Assembly (NCBI GenBank): GCA_001789395.1
Contig: MFZK01000014.1
Coordinates: 113,130 to 167,761, forward strand
DNA length: 54,632 nucleotides
From: Candidatus Roizmanbacteria bacterium RIFCSPHIGHO2_02_FULL_37_13b
GTDB taxonomy: Bacteria > Patescibacteriota > Microgenomatia > UBA1406 > HO2-37-13b
Reading direction: 5' to 3'
Position numbers and translations under genes: made by a program. Positions 43,928 through 54,123 of the stretch are shown in pieces (within the stretch, counting starts at the first letter, position 1; every line of letters starts with the position of its first letter). The notes beneath the pieces were generated by a model. It did no database searches. It had not been told where the DNA came from and saw nothing but the letters and a program-made list of their open reading frames with translations.

Positions 43928-45808
43928 ATGTTTAATTTTAAAAGAAAAAAACTTTATCATGGTCGAAAGGCGGGGAAAAGAAAATTAATTTCTTCATTAT
44001 TAATAATTTTTGTTTTCCTAGGGCTTTTAATTTATTTTCCCTTAAGGGAAATGAATGCGAGGGGACAAATTCTCCTAATTGATGCCAGAAAAATAAAGGA
44101 ATCTCTAAAAAATAATAATATCGATGAAGTTAAAACTGAATTGTCTTATCTAAAACGTGATTATGAACAGTTTGGTAAAGCATCATCAAAGATCTATTGG
44201 TTGAGTTATATGCCTGTAATCGGTGGTTATGTCTCGGATCTAAAAAACGGAGTTTTAGCGGGCAGCGAGATGCTTAATGCAGCGGAAATTTCTGTTTTAG
44301 CGATCGAACCTTATGCAGATCTTATTGGTTTTAAAAAAGGAGCGACATTTGCAGAAAAAAGCGCTGATGATAGAATACAGACGGCAGTTTTGACATTGGA
44401 TAAAGTCTTGACTAGAGTTGATGATATCTCAACTCATGTCGAAAAAGCTAAAGTCGCAATTGATAAGATTAACCCTAGTCGTTATCCGAATAAAATAGGA
44501 AAAAGAGAGATAAGACCAAAACTCATAAGCTATATCGACCAATTTGATTCGATTGCTTCTTTGTTTATAAATGCAAAGCCATTAATTGTCAGGCTACCTA
44601 AACTCATGGGTGTGGACGGAGAAAAGAACTATCTTGTTCTATTTCAAAATGATGCAGAACTTAGACCGACTGGTGGATTTCTGACTGCTTATGCAGTGTT
44701 TAAAGTTAATCAAGGTAAAATTCAAGCACTACGATCAAAAGATATTTATGAATTAGACGATACCATTAAATCTCACCCCCGAGCGCCAGAAAAAATTTTA
44801 CTTTACCATAAAGAAGTCAATAAATTTTTTATTCGAGATAGCAATCTATCACCTGATTTTTATGAATCAGTTAAACTATTTAACTCACTATATGATCAAA
44901 GTAGTCAAAAAATTGATTACGACGGAATCATCACTGTTGATACAAATGTTTTAGTTGATACTCTGCAGATTTTGGGAGACACAGAAGTTAGAGGTACGGT
45001 TTTTTCTTCCAAGATTGAGCCGAAATATAATATTCCTCAAGTCATCTATCGACTTCTTGACGAAATTGATCGACCTGTGGGCTATATAAAAGAAGACAGA
45101 AAAGGAATCTTAGGTGATTTGTTGTATGTTCTAATGCAAAAGGCACTAGGTTTTTCACCTTCTCAATATTGGGGTCCGCTATCACAGGAAATGATTAAAA
45201 ACATGAGAGAAAAACATATTCTTATTTATCTTAAAGATAATGAAGCTCAAAAGGCGCTCGAGGCGATAAATTTTGCCGGTAGAATAATAGATACGAAAGA
45301 TGATTATTTACATATTAGTGACACGAATTTTGCAGGTGCGAAGTCGAATCTGTTTGTCACTCATACTATTAAATCGGACACGATATTTAATAATCAAGGA
45401 AAGGTGCAGCGAAAATTGACAATTGAATATAAAAATCCATTTAAACATTCAGATTGCAGTCTGGAGAGAGGTGGGCTATGTATCAATGCGTCGCTTCGAA
45501 ATTGGCTTAGAATATACGTACCCATAGGGAGTCATTTAATTTCATTTCAAGGTTCAGAAAAATCTGTAAAAACCTACGATGAATTAAGGAAAACTGTGTT
45601 TGAAGGATTTTTGAATATTAAACCTGAGGGTAAAGCGACAGTAAACATTGTTTATTCGCTACCAGATAATTTTATCAAGAAAAATAATTATAAGCTTTTA
45701 ATACAAAAACAACCGGGGACAAAAGGTCATGAATATGATATTTTGATTGATGGTAAGCTTAAAGACAAATTCAACTTGACTGAGGATAAAGAATATGTTT
45801 TAAAATGA
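43928..45808 (+). CDS. DUF4012 domain-containing membrane-anchored protein
   Basis: Has an N-terminal TM helix. The core NYLVLFQNDAELRPTGGFLTAYAVF resembles the DUF4012 signature that often accompanies cell-wall glycan genes. Confidence 0.6.
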   Translation: MFNFKRKKLYHGRKAGKRKLISSLLIIFVFLGLLIYFPLREMNARGQILLIDARKIKESLKNNNIDEVKTELSYLKRDYEQFGKASSKIYWLSYMPVIGGYVSDLKNGVLAGSEMLNAAEISVLAIEPYADLIGFKKGATFAEKSADDRIQTAVLTLDKVLTRVDDISTHVEKAKVAIDKINPSRYPNKIGKREIRPKLISYIDQFDSIASLFINAKPLIVRLPKLMGVDGEKNYLVLFQNDAELRPTGGFLTAYAVFKVNQGKIQALRSKDIYELDDTIKSHPRAPEKILLYHKEVNKFFIRDSNLSPDFYESVKLFNSLYDQSSQKIDYDGIITVDTNVLVDTLQILGDTEVRGTVFSSKIEPKYNIPQVIYRLLDEIDRPVGYIKEDRKGILGDLLYVLMQKALGFSPSQYWGPLSQEMIKNMREKHILIYLKDNEAQKALEAINFAGRIIDTKDDYLHISDTNFAGAKSNLFVTHTIKSDTIFNNQGKVQRKLTIEYKNPFKHSDCSLERGGLCINASLRNWLRIYVPIGSHLISFQGSEKSVKTYDELRKTVFEGFLNIKPEGKATVNIVYSLPDNFIKKNNYKLLIQKQPGTKGHEYDILIDGKLKDKFNLTEDKEYVLK

Positions 45809-45812
45809 TATT

Positions 45813-46352
45813 ATGAGACAGTTCGTCAGAGATGAAGGAATAGTTATCAGAAAAAGGGGCAATTTTAAGGAAAACAGAATAATAACTATAATTTCAAAGC
45901 AAAGTGGTAAGTTAAACCTATTAGGTTATGGTGTTAGAAATCTGCTGAGTCGTCGTATTTCACACCTAGAGACTGGTAATTATATTTCATTTACATATAA
46001 TATAAACAACAATCGTACTGTACTTCATGAAACTAATCTTCTTTACGGCTACTCAAAGATTAAAAAAGATGAATCCAAATTAGGTTTGTTGTTTTTACTT
46101 TTTTTTATTCTCGATAAGATGATTGTCGAAAATCAAAAAGAAGAGATAATTTTCAATAAAACTGTTGTTTTGTTAAGACAATTAAATAATCGTAAAGATT
46201 TTGGTATGACTGACTTTAATGATTATTTATGTCAATTATTATTACATTCCGGTTTTATCGACAAAAAACGGATACTCAGTGCAAATTTTAATCCCGTTGT
46301 TTTTATTGAAGATCTAATTGGATCTAAACTAAAATGGGCTTTTGTATCTTAA
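45813..46352 (+). CDS. recO: RecO-like DNA repair protein (short form)
   Basis: The N-terminal OB-fold pattern (DEGIVIRKRGNFKENRIITIISKQSGKLNLLGYGVRNLLSRR) is present. At 179 aa it is shorter than canonical RecO, so the call is tentative. Confidence 0.5.
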   Translation: MRQFVRDEGIVIRKRGNFKENRIITIISKQSGKLNLLGYGVRNLLSRRISHLETGNYISFTYNINNNRTVLHETNLLYGYSKIKKDESKLGLLFLLFFILDKMIVENQKEEIIFNKTVVLLRQLNNRKDFGMTDFNDYLCQLLLHSGFIDKKRILSANFNPVVFIEDLIGSKLKWAFVS

Positions 46353-47431
46353 ACTAAATGTTGATTATCTCCTTTTGAAAGATTATTGACTAACTTTTTC
46401 AATTTTGACGATGAGGATTTTTTTGTAATTAAAAGAACGTCTTTTGTATTGATAACAACCATTTCCGACAAATCGAGACCAACAATCGTTTTTTTGGCGT
46501 CATAATTATAAACAAGATTATCTCGGCTTTCAGAAAGTAATACGCTGCCTTGAGTTATATTTTCCAATTGGTGTTTTTGTAGAGCGTCTTTTAGTGAATC
46601 CCAAGCTCCGATATCGCTCCACCCAATATCTTCATTTACTACGTAAATATTTTTTGGATCAAGCTGCTCGAGTATAGCGTTATCAAAACTGATTTCCGGC
46701 ATTTGTTGATACTCTTGATTTAAGACATTATCAAAGTCTGCCATGTCAGCATTGGCTATTTTGTTAACTTTAACCATTATTTGTGGAGAAAATCTCATAA
46801 ATTGTTCATATATAAACGATATTGTTGAAACAAAATAACCTAAATTCCAAGAATATTGTTTATTTTTGAAAAACAAATTGGCTTCTGCAGCGTCCGGTCG
46901 ATATTTAAAGCTTTTAAGTGAGAAAAAATCTATTCCATTAATTGTCTTTATTTTATCGCCAAATTCTATCCATCCCAAATTTTGACTGGCAAATCTTGGT
47001 TTTTGTCCGATAAAAATTAACTTATTCTTGTCTTTTGATACCAAATCACCTGCAGTAAGTATAATTTTTTTAAAAATATCCGGTTTTTTAACCAAATGAT
47101 CACACCATAAAATAACAACAGGTTCATCCTTAAATTTTTTATATAAAATTCCTATAACCAATCCCACAGCAGGTCCAACATCTTTTTTTTCAGGTTCCAG
47201 AATAAAATTTTGTTGCGGAATTTGAGGTAATTGTGTGATTAAAACTTGCTTATATTTTTTTACCGTTGAAATGTATATATCTTTGGGGTGAAATTCAGGA
47301 GTTAGTCTATCGACTGCCATTTGGATGGTCGATTTATTTCCAATTATTTGTTCAAATTGCTTGGGTGAGTTGGTTCTTGAAAGAGGCCATAATCGTTTTC
47401 CTTCTCCTCCGGCAAATATTATTGCTTTCAT
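46349..47431 (-). CDS. mannose-1-phosphate guanylyltransferase-type sugar nucleotidyltransferase
   Basis: The N-terminal MKAIIFAGGEGKRLWPLSR...SPKQF is typical of ManC/CpsB-like NTP transferases. Confidence 0.8.
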   Translation of the reverse strand: MKAIIFAGGEGKRLWPLSRTNSPKQFEQIIGNKSTIQMAVDRLTPEFHPKDIYISTVKKYKQVLITQLPQIPQQNFILEPEKKDVGPAVGLVIGILYKKFKDEPVVILWCDHLVKKPDIFKKIILTAGDLVSKDKNKLIFIGQKPRFASQNLGWIEFGDKIKTINGIDFFSLKSFKYRPDAAEANLFFKNKQYSWNLGYFVSTISFIYEQFMRFSPQIMVKVNKIANADMADFDNVLNQEYQQMPEISFDNAILEQLDPKNIYVVNEDIGWSDIGAWDSLKDALQKHQLENITQGSVLLSESRDNLVYNYDAKKTIVGLDLSEMVVINTKDVLLITKKSSSSKLKKLVNNLSKGDNQHLV

Positions 47432-47566
47432 TAGAATTCGTTACAAAACTGATAACAGAAGTTTTGCTTACTAATTCTTATGTCCGCCAATAAAGTGCAG
47501 CATGAGCCGTGTTCGAATAGAACTGAAAAGGCGAATGCTAAACTTAGGTGGACCATACATCGCTCA

Positions 47567-48679
47567 TTATTCATATCGTCTAAGTAGATTTGTTAAATTA
47601 GATACAAACTTTACCTTTGAGAACAATTCGCATTGCTTTTTCCCCAAAATAATTGTTCTTTTCTTTAGATCTTTTTTTATTTTATCATATTGGATCAACA
47701 CATAGGTCAGTGAATCAACAGTCTGGTTCTCAAAAAAAATTCCAGTCTGATTTTCAATAATGGTTTCAACAGTTCCTCCTTTTCGATAAGCGATGATGGG
47801 ACAATCAAAAAATTGAGCCTCAAGAGCCACATATCCAAAATCTTCTTCTTGCGACATGATCAGTCCTTGGGCAAATTGATAATATGTAGCCAGTTCTTCA
47901 TCAGTTAAATCCTGAAGAAAAGTGATGTTAGACCTTGCGATTGATTTAAGATATTTTAACTCAGTTCCCTTACCGATAATTATTAAGTTTTTTTTTGGAT
48001 GTTTATTAAATGTTTCAACTACCAAGTTAATCTTTTTATAAGGTTCGAGTCGAGATACGACTAAAAAATATTTTGAATTTATTTGTTTCTTGTTTCTTGT
48101 TGCTTGTTTCTTGATTTTATCCCAATGGTGAATATCAAATGGTGGATATATTACCACTCCAGTGCGGTCGTGAATCTGCAGTAGTCTTTTCTTAACAGTC
48201 TCAGAAATGCATATATAATCATCGGGTCTTTGTGCCGCAATGTTATCCCATTTTTTTAAGTAGTTTATATAGGGTTTAGTTAACATGTTATTAGTTTTAT
48301 ACACTTGTGGGTGTATCCATAAAAAACGAGTAGGAGTGAGCAATATACATATATGTTTTGTACCAGGTTTAGTGATAATTCCCTTAGCAAAAGATGACGT
48401 CACAGATAACACAAGACTATAATCACCAAAATTGAAACTCTCAAAAGCAAATGGGTATAAGGGAACAGATAATTTTCGATTTTTTTTTATAAAATCCGGA
48501 AATTTTTGAATGAAGGAGGTTTTAATATTAATTTGTTTTGCCCACGATGCATTCTTTGGATCATAATAGGACGAAAAAAAATCAGCTTCAGGGAAAATCT
48601 CATGAAGCGTCAATAGCAATCTTTCCACACCGCCCCACTTATCAATCCAGTCATAGACAATAGCGATTTTATGACTCAT
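47567..48679 (-). CDS. glycosyltransferase family 4 (GT-B)
   Basis: 370 aa with the C-terminal EEDFGYVALEAQFFDCPIIA (E-x7-E region). Confidence 0.8.
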   Translation of the reverse strand: MSHKIAIVYDWIDKWGGVERLLLTLHEIFPEADFFSSYYDPKNASWAKQINIKTSFIQKFPDFIKKNRKLSVPLYPFAFESFNFGDYSLVLSVTSSFAKGIITKPGTKHICILLTPTRFLWIHPQVYKTNNMLTKPYINYLKKWDNIAAQRPDDYICISETVKKRLLQIHDRTGVVIYPPFDIHHWDKIKKQATRNKKQINSKYFLVVSRLEPYKKINLVVETFNKHPKKNLIIIGKGTELKYLKSIARSNITFLQDLTDEELATYYQFAQGLIMSQEEDFGYVALEAQFFDCPIIAYRKGGTVETIIENQTGIFFENQTVDSLTYVLIQYDKIKKDLKKRTIILGKKQCELFSKVKFVSNLTNLLRRYE

Positions 48680-48682
48680 TAG

Positions 48683-49792
48683 TTAATACCCCAAATTTTT
48701 TTTATAAATAAGGAATGTTTCTTCAGCCATTTTTTTAAATGATAATTTTTGCAGTCTCAAAGAATAGTCTATTTTAGAATAATTTTTATTATCCAAATAT
48801 TTTTGAATTTTACCGGTGATGTCATTCTCTGCGGTCGGATCAAAGGAAGTATAGTTTTCACCGATGATTTCTTGGAACACAGGAATTTTAGATGCTATTA
48901 TCGGCAATTTGAAATACATGGCGTCAACTATCGGCAGGCCAAAACCTTCTGATAGAGAAGGATGAACAAGAGAAATGGCATTTTTATAAAAGAAAACAAG
49001 ATCTTCTTTTTTATTGGTTGAAAACAAGACAACTTTCTTATTTAGATCCATTTGATTTATTAATTGGTTAATTGAGTCTGAAAAATAATCAACTGGACCA
49101 AGCAAAATTAGCTTTACATCAGTTTTAATTTTGCTATATGCTTTAATCAATCGATCGACATTTTTATGAGGATAGAAATTTCCAACGTAAATCATAAATT
49201 TAGTATTGAATTGTTTCATTAAGCTTGAATTTTCATTTAAATCTTGTATTGCCATGTCAACTCCCTCATATATGGGATAAATTTTGTTTTTATAATTTTC
49301 TCCATAGTAATCTAGAATTTGTTTTTTGACCGATTGAGATGGGGTTATAATTGCTTTGGATTCGTTTAACTGTTTGGACAGGATATATTTAAAAGCCTGA
49401 AATTTAAGTTGATAGATTAAGGGATTTTTTGTTGAAGCACGACCGGTTTTAAGCAAGAGTGGTGTGAGATCATGTATAGTTGCGATAAAGGGTTTTTTGT
49501 AAAAAAAAGGATACGAAAAATAGGTAAAATGGACAAGATCGAGATGATCCTGGTTAATTTCTTGCAGATAGGCATATTGCTCGTTTATGCTATGCCATTT
49601 TGAACGTGTAGTACGAATGATGAAATTCTTACCTTTAAATTTAAATGTCTCTTTTTCCGACTCTAAAAGATAAATATAAAAGACAATATCATTTTGTGAG
49701 AGTTGGTCAAGAAAATAAAGCAGATTTCGAGTATATGTACCAATGCCTGTTTGCGATATAAGCCGAGCGTCAATACCAATTTTTTTAACCAT
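48683..49792 (-). CDS. glycosyltransferase family 4 (GT-B)
   Basis: 369 aa with PSLSEGFGLPIVDAMYFKLPIIAS (E-x7-E region). Confidence 0.8.
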   Translation of the reverse strand: MVKKIGIDARLISQTGIGTYTRNLLYFLDQLSQNDIVFYIYLLESEKETFKFKGKNFIIRTTRSKWHSINEQYAYLQEINQDHLDLVHFTYFSYPFFYKKPFIATIHDLTPLLLKTGRASTKNPLIYQLKFQAFKYILSKQLNESKAIITPSQSVKKQILDYYGENYKNKIYPIYEGVDMAIQDLNENSSLMKQFNTKFMIYVGNFYPHKNVDRLIKAYSKIKTDVKLILLGPVDYFSDSINQLINQMDLNKKVVLFSTNKKEDLVFFYKNAISLVHPSLSEGFGLPIVDAMYFKLPIIASKIPVFQEIIGENYTSFDPTAENDITGKIQKYLDNKNYSKIDYSLRLQKLSFKKMAEETFLIYKKNLGY

Positions 49793-50676
49793 TAAAATCT
49801 CTTTTTTAGATTTATTAACAAGTGTACTAGCTTGGAAATGAATCGGGGGTGATGTGGTGCCGAATGTTTATTATAAAATTCTTTCATAGCCTCATAAAAA
49901 TAATTTTTTGTTTGTTTTTCAGTTGATGTGAGACCACGTTTTAAGCCACTCCTATATTTAAGATGGCATACGGTAAACATTGGGTAATAGATTATTTTAT
50001 AGCCTAATTTTTTAATTCGGTATGAAAGATCCAAATCCTCGCCATACATAAAAAATCTGGTATCAAAACCACCGGTTTTGTTTAAAATTTCTTTCCTGGT
50101 GAAATAAAAAGCGCCACTCGGGGAATCAATTTCATGAATCGTATTTAAATCTAAATGTTTGAGATGATATCCGCCAAAATATTTAGCAAGTTTTGGCACA
50201 TGAGAGAACAAAAGCTCCAATTTGGAAAAATAAGTCAATGATCGCCATATATTAGGCGTACCACGGTGAGATGCCCAATCTATTTTACCTGTGGGTAATA
50301 ATACTTTGATAGTTAAGGCGCCGACTGAATCATTTTTATCGAGGTAATATATTAAATCCTCAAAGTTGACATCCTGCAAAATAGCGTCTGAATTGAGAAA
50401 TAGAATATATTTTCCTTGTGAAACCTCGATAGCCTCATTATTAGCTTTAGAAAAGCCAACATTCTTTGAATTGTTGATAATGGAAATAAAGTCGGAATAT
50501 TTATGTAAATACCGTTGGAGAAGTTCTGTTGAACCATCAGTAGAGGCATTATCGACGATTATAATCTCAGCTTTGACTTTAGGAGTTTGTGACAATGATT
50601 TGATAACGCTATCAAGACTTTTCTGAGTTATGTTCTTGGTATTATAAGAAACTATGATGACTGACAGGTCTTTCAT
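49792..50676 (-). CDS. glycosyltransferase family 2
   Basis: VIIVSYNT, DNASTDGS, a DxD-like LNSDA motif and FMYGEDLDLSYR are present. Confidence 0.85.
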   Translation of the reverse strand: MKDLSVIIVSYNTKNITQKSLDSVIKSLSQTPKVKAEIIIVDNASTDGSTELLQRYLHKYSDFISIINNSKNVGFSKANNEAIEVSQGKYILFLNSDAILQDVNFEDLIYYLDKNDSVGALTIKVLLPTGKIDWASHRGTPNIWRSLTYFSKLELLFSHVPKLAKYFGGYHLKHLDLNTIHEIDSPSGAFYFTRKEILNKTGGFDTRFFMYGEDLDLSYRIKKLGYKIIYYPMFTVCHLKYRSGLKRGLTSTEKQTKNYFYEAMKEFYNKHSAPHHPRFISKLVHLLINLKKRF

Positions 50677-50717
50677 TTTAAATACATTATACAGATTATC
50701 TAGTATATAATTTTATC

Positions 50718-52001
50718 ATGAGAAAGGGGTTTTATATCGTCATATTAGTCTTTTTATCGATAATAACCATTTTTTTTCAATTCAATAAAATACCGGTCAA
50801 TATCGATCGTGACGAAATTGCGTTTGTGAGATTGGCACGGTCTCTAAACAATAAATCTTATCGGATTTATACACCTCAAGAAACAGGCCACAGTACTTTA
50901 TATTTTTATCTTCTATTAACTTCGTTTAAATTATTCGGCTTGAATTTATGGGCATTGAGAATACCTGCGGCAATATTTGGTGTTTTAAATGGGCTTTTCA
51001 TCTATCTAATCTTTGACTTGGTATTCCGTGAAAAAATTAAATTTAAATTCAGAAGGCTAATATTTTTGATGCCTGTCGGTTTCATTCTGGCATTGATTTT
51101 TATCACTTTGAGATGGCAATTTAACTTTGCCAGGTTCGCATATGAGGCGACGTTTCTATTGTTTTTAGAACTCGGCTCAATTTATTGCTTGATACGGGCG
51201 TTAAAGAAACAGAATATATTATTTGTATTAATATGTGGGATATTTGCCGGATTAGCATTTAACTCATACACTCCGGGTCGAATATTTTTTCTATTACCTT
51301 TAATTATTTTATTTATAGATAAAAAGACAAGAATATTAATTTTTTATTATGCTTTAGCCTGTTTGCCCTTTATTATCCCTCTGGTAATTGCATTGATCCA
51401 TAATCCTGAACCCCGTGTAGTTGATGAACTAATCCTTTTAGACAGAAACCTGGATTTTATTGGTAAATCAGTGATTTTGTTACAAAACATCACCAAAAAT
51501 ATCTTTATGATATTTGTAATCGGTGACATGAATGGACGGCATAACTATCCCGGTAAGCCGGCATTAAATCCAATTTTGAGCCTATTCTTAATCGCTGGGT
51601 ATTTATTTAGTCTAAAGGAGAAAAAAAATATTTATTGGAAAATGTTCAGCATATATTTTCTTTTATCATTGATTCCGACGCTTTTTACTCTCCCGAAAGG
51701 TAATCCTAACATGTTACGTACTTATACTCTAATTCCATCGATAATTTATTTTATTGGGATTGCTTTGAATAAGATATCGTCTTCTATGTCATTCTGGCAA
51801 GTCGAGTTGAAGACGAGGCGCGTCCAGAATCTTATTGTAATTTGTTTCTTTCTATTGCTTTCTGTATCTTCTTTTTACGAACTGCGCACCTATTTCAAAT
51901 TTCAAAAAGAAGTGACTAAGTATTCTTTTGAAGTTAGAAAAAGTTTTGAATGGTTAAAAGAAAGAAATTTTGAGTTAGTTGATACTTGGTATAAATATTA
52001 A
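50718..52001 (+). CDS. polytopic membrane glycosyltransferase, GT39/ArnT/PMT-like
   Basis: 427 aa with about 10 TM helices. An acidic DRDE motif follows TM1, as in GT-C enzymes. The family call is tentative. Confidence 0.6.
   Translation: MRKGFYIVILVFLSIITIFFQFNKIPVNIDRDEIAFVRLARSLNNKSYRIYTPQETGHSTLYFYLLLTSFKLFGLNLWALRIPAAIFGVLNGLFIYLIFDLVFREKIKFKFRRLIFLMPVGFILALIFITLRWQFNFARFAYEATFLLFLELGSIYCLIRALKKQNILFVLICGIFAGLAFNSYTPGRIFFLLPLIILFIDKKTRILIFYYALACLPFIIPLVIALIHNPEPRVVDELILLDRNLDFIGKSVILLQNITKNIFMIFVIGDMNGRHNYPGKPALNPILSLFLIAGYLFSLKEKKNIYWKMFSIYFLLSLIPTLFTLPKGNPNMLRTYTLIPSIIYFIGIALNKISSSMSFWQVELKTRRVQNLIVICFFLLLSVSSFYELRTYFKFQKEVTKYSFEVRKSFEWLKERNFELVDTWYKY
51788..51831. repeat. solo GTCATTCTGG...CCAGAATC hairpin module lying in frame inside the GT39-like CDS
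   Basis: It has the same 10-nt 5' terminus and the same 7-bp stem ATTCTGG/CCAGAAT as the left end of the GIY-YIG unit at 20193-20226. It is translated as MSFWQVELKTRRVQNL in a loop between hydrophobic helices. Confidence 0.55.
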
Positions 52002-52007
52002 GTTAAT

Positions 52008-54119
52008 CTATTTTGAGAATCTATTCTTCTTAAATATATTTAGGCGGTTGTTAATGATAGATGCGGTATTATCGAGATTATGAATGATATTCCACCAATC
52101 AGGATTGAAATGATTGAACCAGTACGTTAAATATCCCATTTGTGAGCAACCCCATAGATAGCAATTAATTGGTTTGCTTTTATATTTTCTATCTATGCCA
52201 TCAGTTAAATCTTTATAGTTATAAAACTCATCACAATACGACATTTTTTCATCGAGATTACTATAATCATATGCAGAATTACCATTTGGTGGTATTTCAA
52301 CAGTGCCACATCCATAAGGCTCTATTGCTCTATTAAGAATAGGTGCTCCCGTGTCATTGTGATATGAAAAATAATCCCACGTTGTTATTGGTTTTTGCCA
52401 ATGGTCTAGACTTTGGCCAATAAAATGGTCAAGGATAAACTCGGCTCGATGACCAAATGAGTGTAAAGCATTATCAGGACCCGCGGAATCATCGAAAAAC
52501 ATTATTGGAAGATTTTTCTTTAAACCAAGATATCGGATGGGATCGCCGTTGACGTCAAAAGGGTTCGGTCCGATCATCGCCGCTTCAGGTAGAGGTGCAT
52601 TAGGTAGATTTGTAAACCAAACATCATCAATCTCATCATTATTTGCCATAGAAACAATTCCTAAGTCATTAAACCATTTAATAATATCAAAGCGATGTTT
52701 CTGAAGTTCCTGACAGCCTTGAGATTTGCCTTCGGCACATTTAATGAATGCCGTTTCATAATCATCAAGAGCGTAGTTATCTTCTAAAGGAGGGAATTTA
52801 TTACTATAAAAATATTTAACTACTTTATATCGTCGGTCATTATAGACCGATCTATTAATTACGGTGCTAACAGTATCAATTATTTTTTTAGGATTTTTGC
52901 CTTTGGAATAATTAAAATTGTAATAGTTTAAATACGTTGATTTTTTTGATTTTAAGTAAGGATCCATTATTACCGCAAGTATTTTCCAGTCGGCTGTTTT
53001 TTTTACAGGTGTTGGCGATGGTTTTGGACAATCTTTTTGATCTGTTGGCCAATAGCATTTGCCCCATCCGGGACCGGGTTCAGTCGAATCGATAAATGGA
53101 TAAGGCAGAGGGACACAATTGTGATCTGTTCCACAGTCATCGATTTCACTGTTGCAGTGACCAATGAGACAAGTACTAGGTGATGAATGGTATAAACAAT
53201 AGTTTTTTAATAATCTGCAGTGTCTTAGTCTAAAAAAGGAGGTGTCTGTCGAAATTTGAAAAGCAGAAAAGCCAGGTTGAGATTGTCGTTCACAATCTCC
53301 ATTGCGACGAGAACCTGAGCATTCTTCTATAGAAATAGCATATGGATATGTAACTTGAGTAAAACCTGGTTGATCTAGATATACTACAGTTTTGTATTTT
53401 TTTTCATCAAGTCCTAGATTTGAAAAAACGAAATCATAATCACTGTTAGCTATTTCAGAAAGGTTTTCTATTCTTCTTGTATCGAGGAGAGAGTATCTAT
53501 TATTATTTTTATCGTCTCGATAGAGCTGAGCGATTAAGTTGCTTGTGGCAGGTAGAGATGATTGATTAAATGAAACGTTGACTCTAATAGTATCGTTTTC
53601 AGTCGTAACACAATCAGACCAAATATGGCATTGTTTGCCGCGCGTACCATATACTGAGCAGAAATTGTTACACGATGATGATGTTGAGTTTTGATCGCAT
53701 TGACAATTAAGTTCATACGAATTAGCAGGTCTTTCGCATTTTGATTTGAATATTAAGTTATTATATCGATCATATGTGTCGGAGGCTCTCTGAAGATCTA
53801 ACCATACTTTTCGTTTATTATTTGGTTCCTCAGGTTGAGAAGGATCATCTAGTTGATTCCAATTTTCGATTGTCTCTGGGTTTGCTACTGCGTTGTGGAT
53901 AATGGCGGCGGGAACTCCTTTTGATACAGATTCACAAATGTTAACTTTGTTTTGCTGAGCTTGAGTTTGATAAACTTGTGATTTAGATAAAAGTAATTGT
54001 TTAAAAAAATAAGCCATTAAAAAGGCGGAAACAACAATAATGGATAAAAAAAATAGACGTAGAATAGTAATTTTATACATGCTATTTAGATCAAATCTTT
54101 TACTCCAGTGTGGCAACAT
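52008..54119 (-). CDS. large Cys-rich, N-terminally membrane-anchored protein of unknown function
   Basis: The ORF is open to 54203, but the ATG at 54119 (MLPHWSKRF...) begins 4 nt after the upstream gene's stop. It has one TM helix (ILRLFFLSIIVVSAFLMAYFF), then about 640 residues with many Cys. No family was recognised. Confidence 0.6.
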   Translation of the reverse strand: MLPHWSKRFDLNSMYKITILRLFFLSIIVVSAFLMAYFFKQLLLSKSQVYQTQAQQNKVNICESVSKGVPAAIIHNAVANPETIENWNQLDDPSQPEEPNNKRKVWLDLQRASDTYDRYNNLIFKSKCERPANSYELNCQCDQNSTSSSCNNFCSVYGTRGKQCHIWSDCVTTENDTIRVNVSFNQSSLPATSNLIAQLYRDDKNNNRYSLLDTRRIENLSEIANSDYDFVFSNLGLDEKKYKTVVYLDQPGFTQVTYPYAISIEECSGSRRNGDCERQSQPGFSAFQISTDTSFFRLRHCRLLKNYCLYHSSPSTCLIGHCNSEIDDCGTDHNCVPLPYPFIDSTEPGPGWGKCYWPTDQKDCPKPSPTPVKKTADWKILAVIMDPYLKSKKSTYLNYYNFNYSKGKNPKKIIDTVSTVINRSVYNDRRYKVVKYFYSNKFPPLEDNYALDDYETAFIKCAEGKSQGCQELQKHRFDIIKWFNDLGIVSMANNDEIDDVWFTNLPNAPLPEAAMIGPNPFDVNGDPIRYLGLKKNLPIMFFDDSAGPDNALHSFGHRAEFILDHFIGQSLDHWQKPITTWDYFSYHNDTGAPILNRAIEPYGCGTVEIPPNGNSAYDYSNLDEKMSYCDEFYNYKDLTDGIDRKYKSKPINCYLWGCSQMGYLTYWFNHFNPDWWNIIHNLDNTASIINNRLNIFKKNRFSK

Positions 54120-54123
54120 AATT

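Noticed and set aside
47432-47566. 135-nt spacer between manC and the GT4 gene, with a GTTCGAAT (T-loop-like) string and locally higher GC
   Set aside because: I could not fold any cloverleaf or stable hairpin around it on either strand. The 67-aa ORF 47502-47705 largely overlaps the GT4 gene on the opposite strand.
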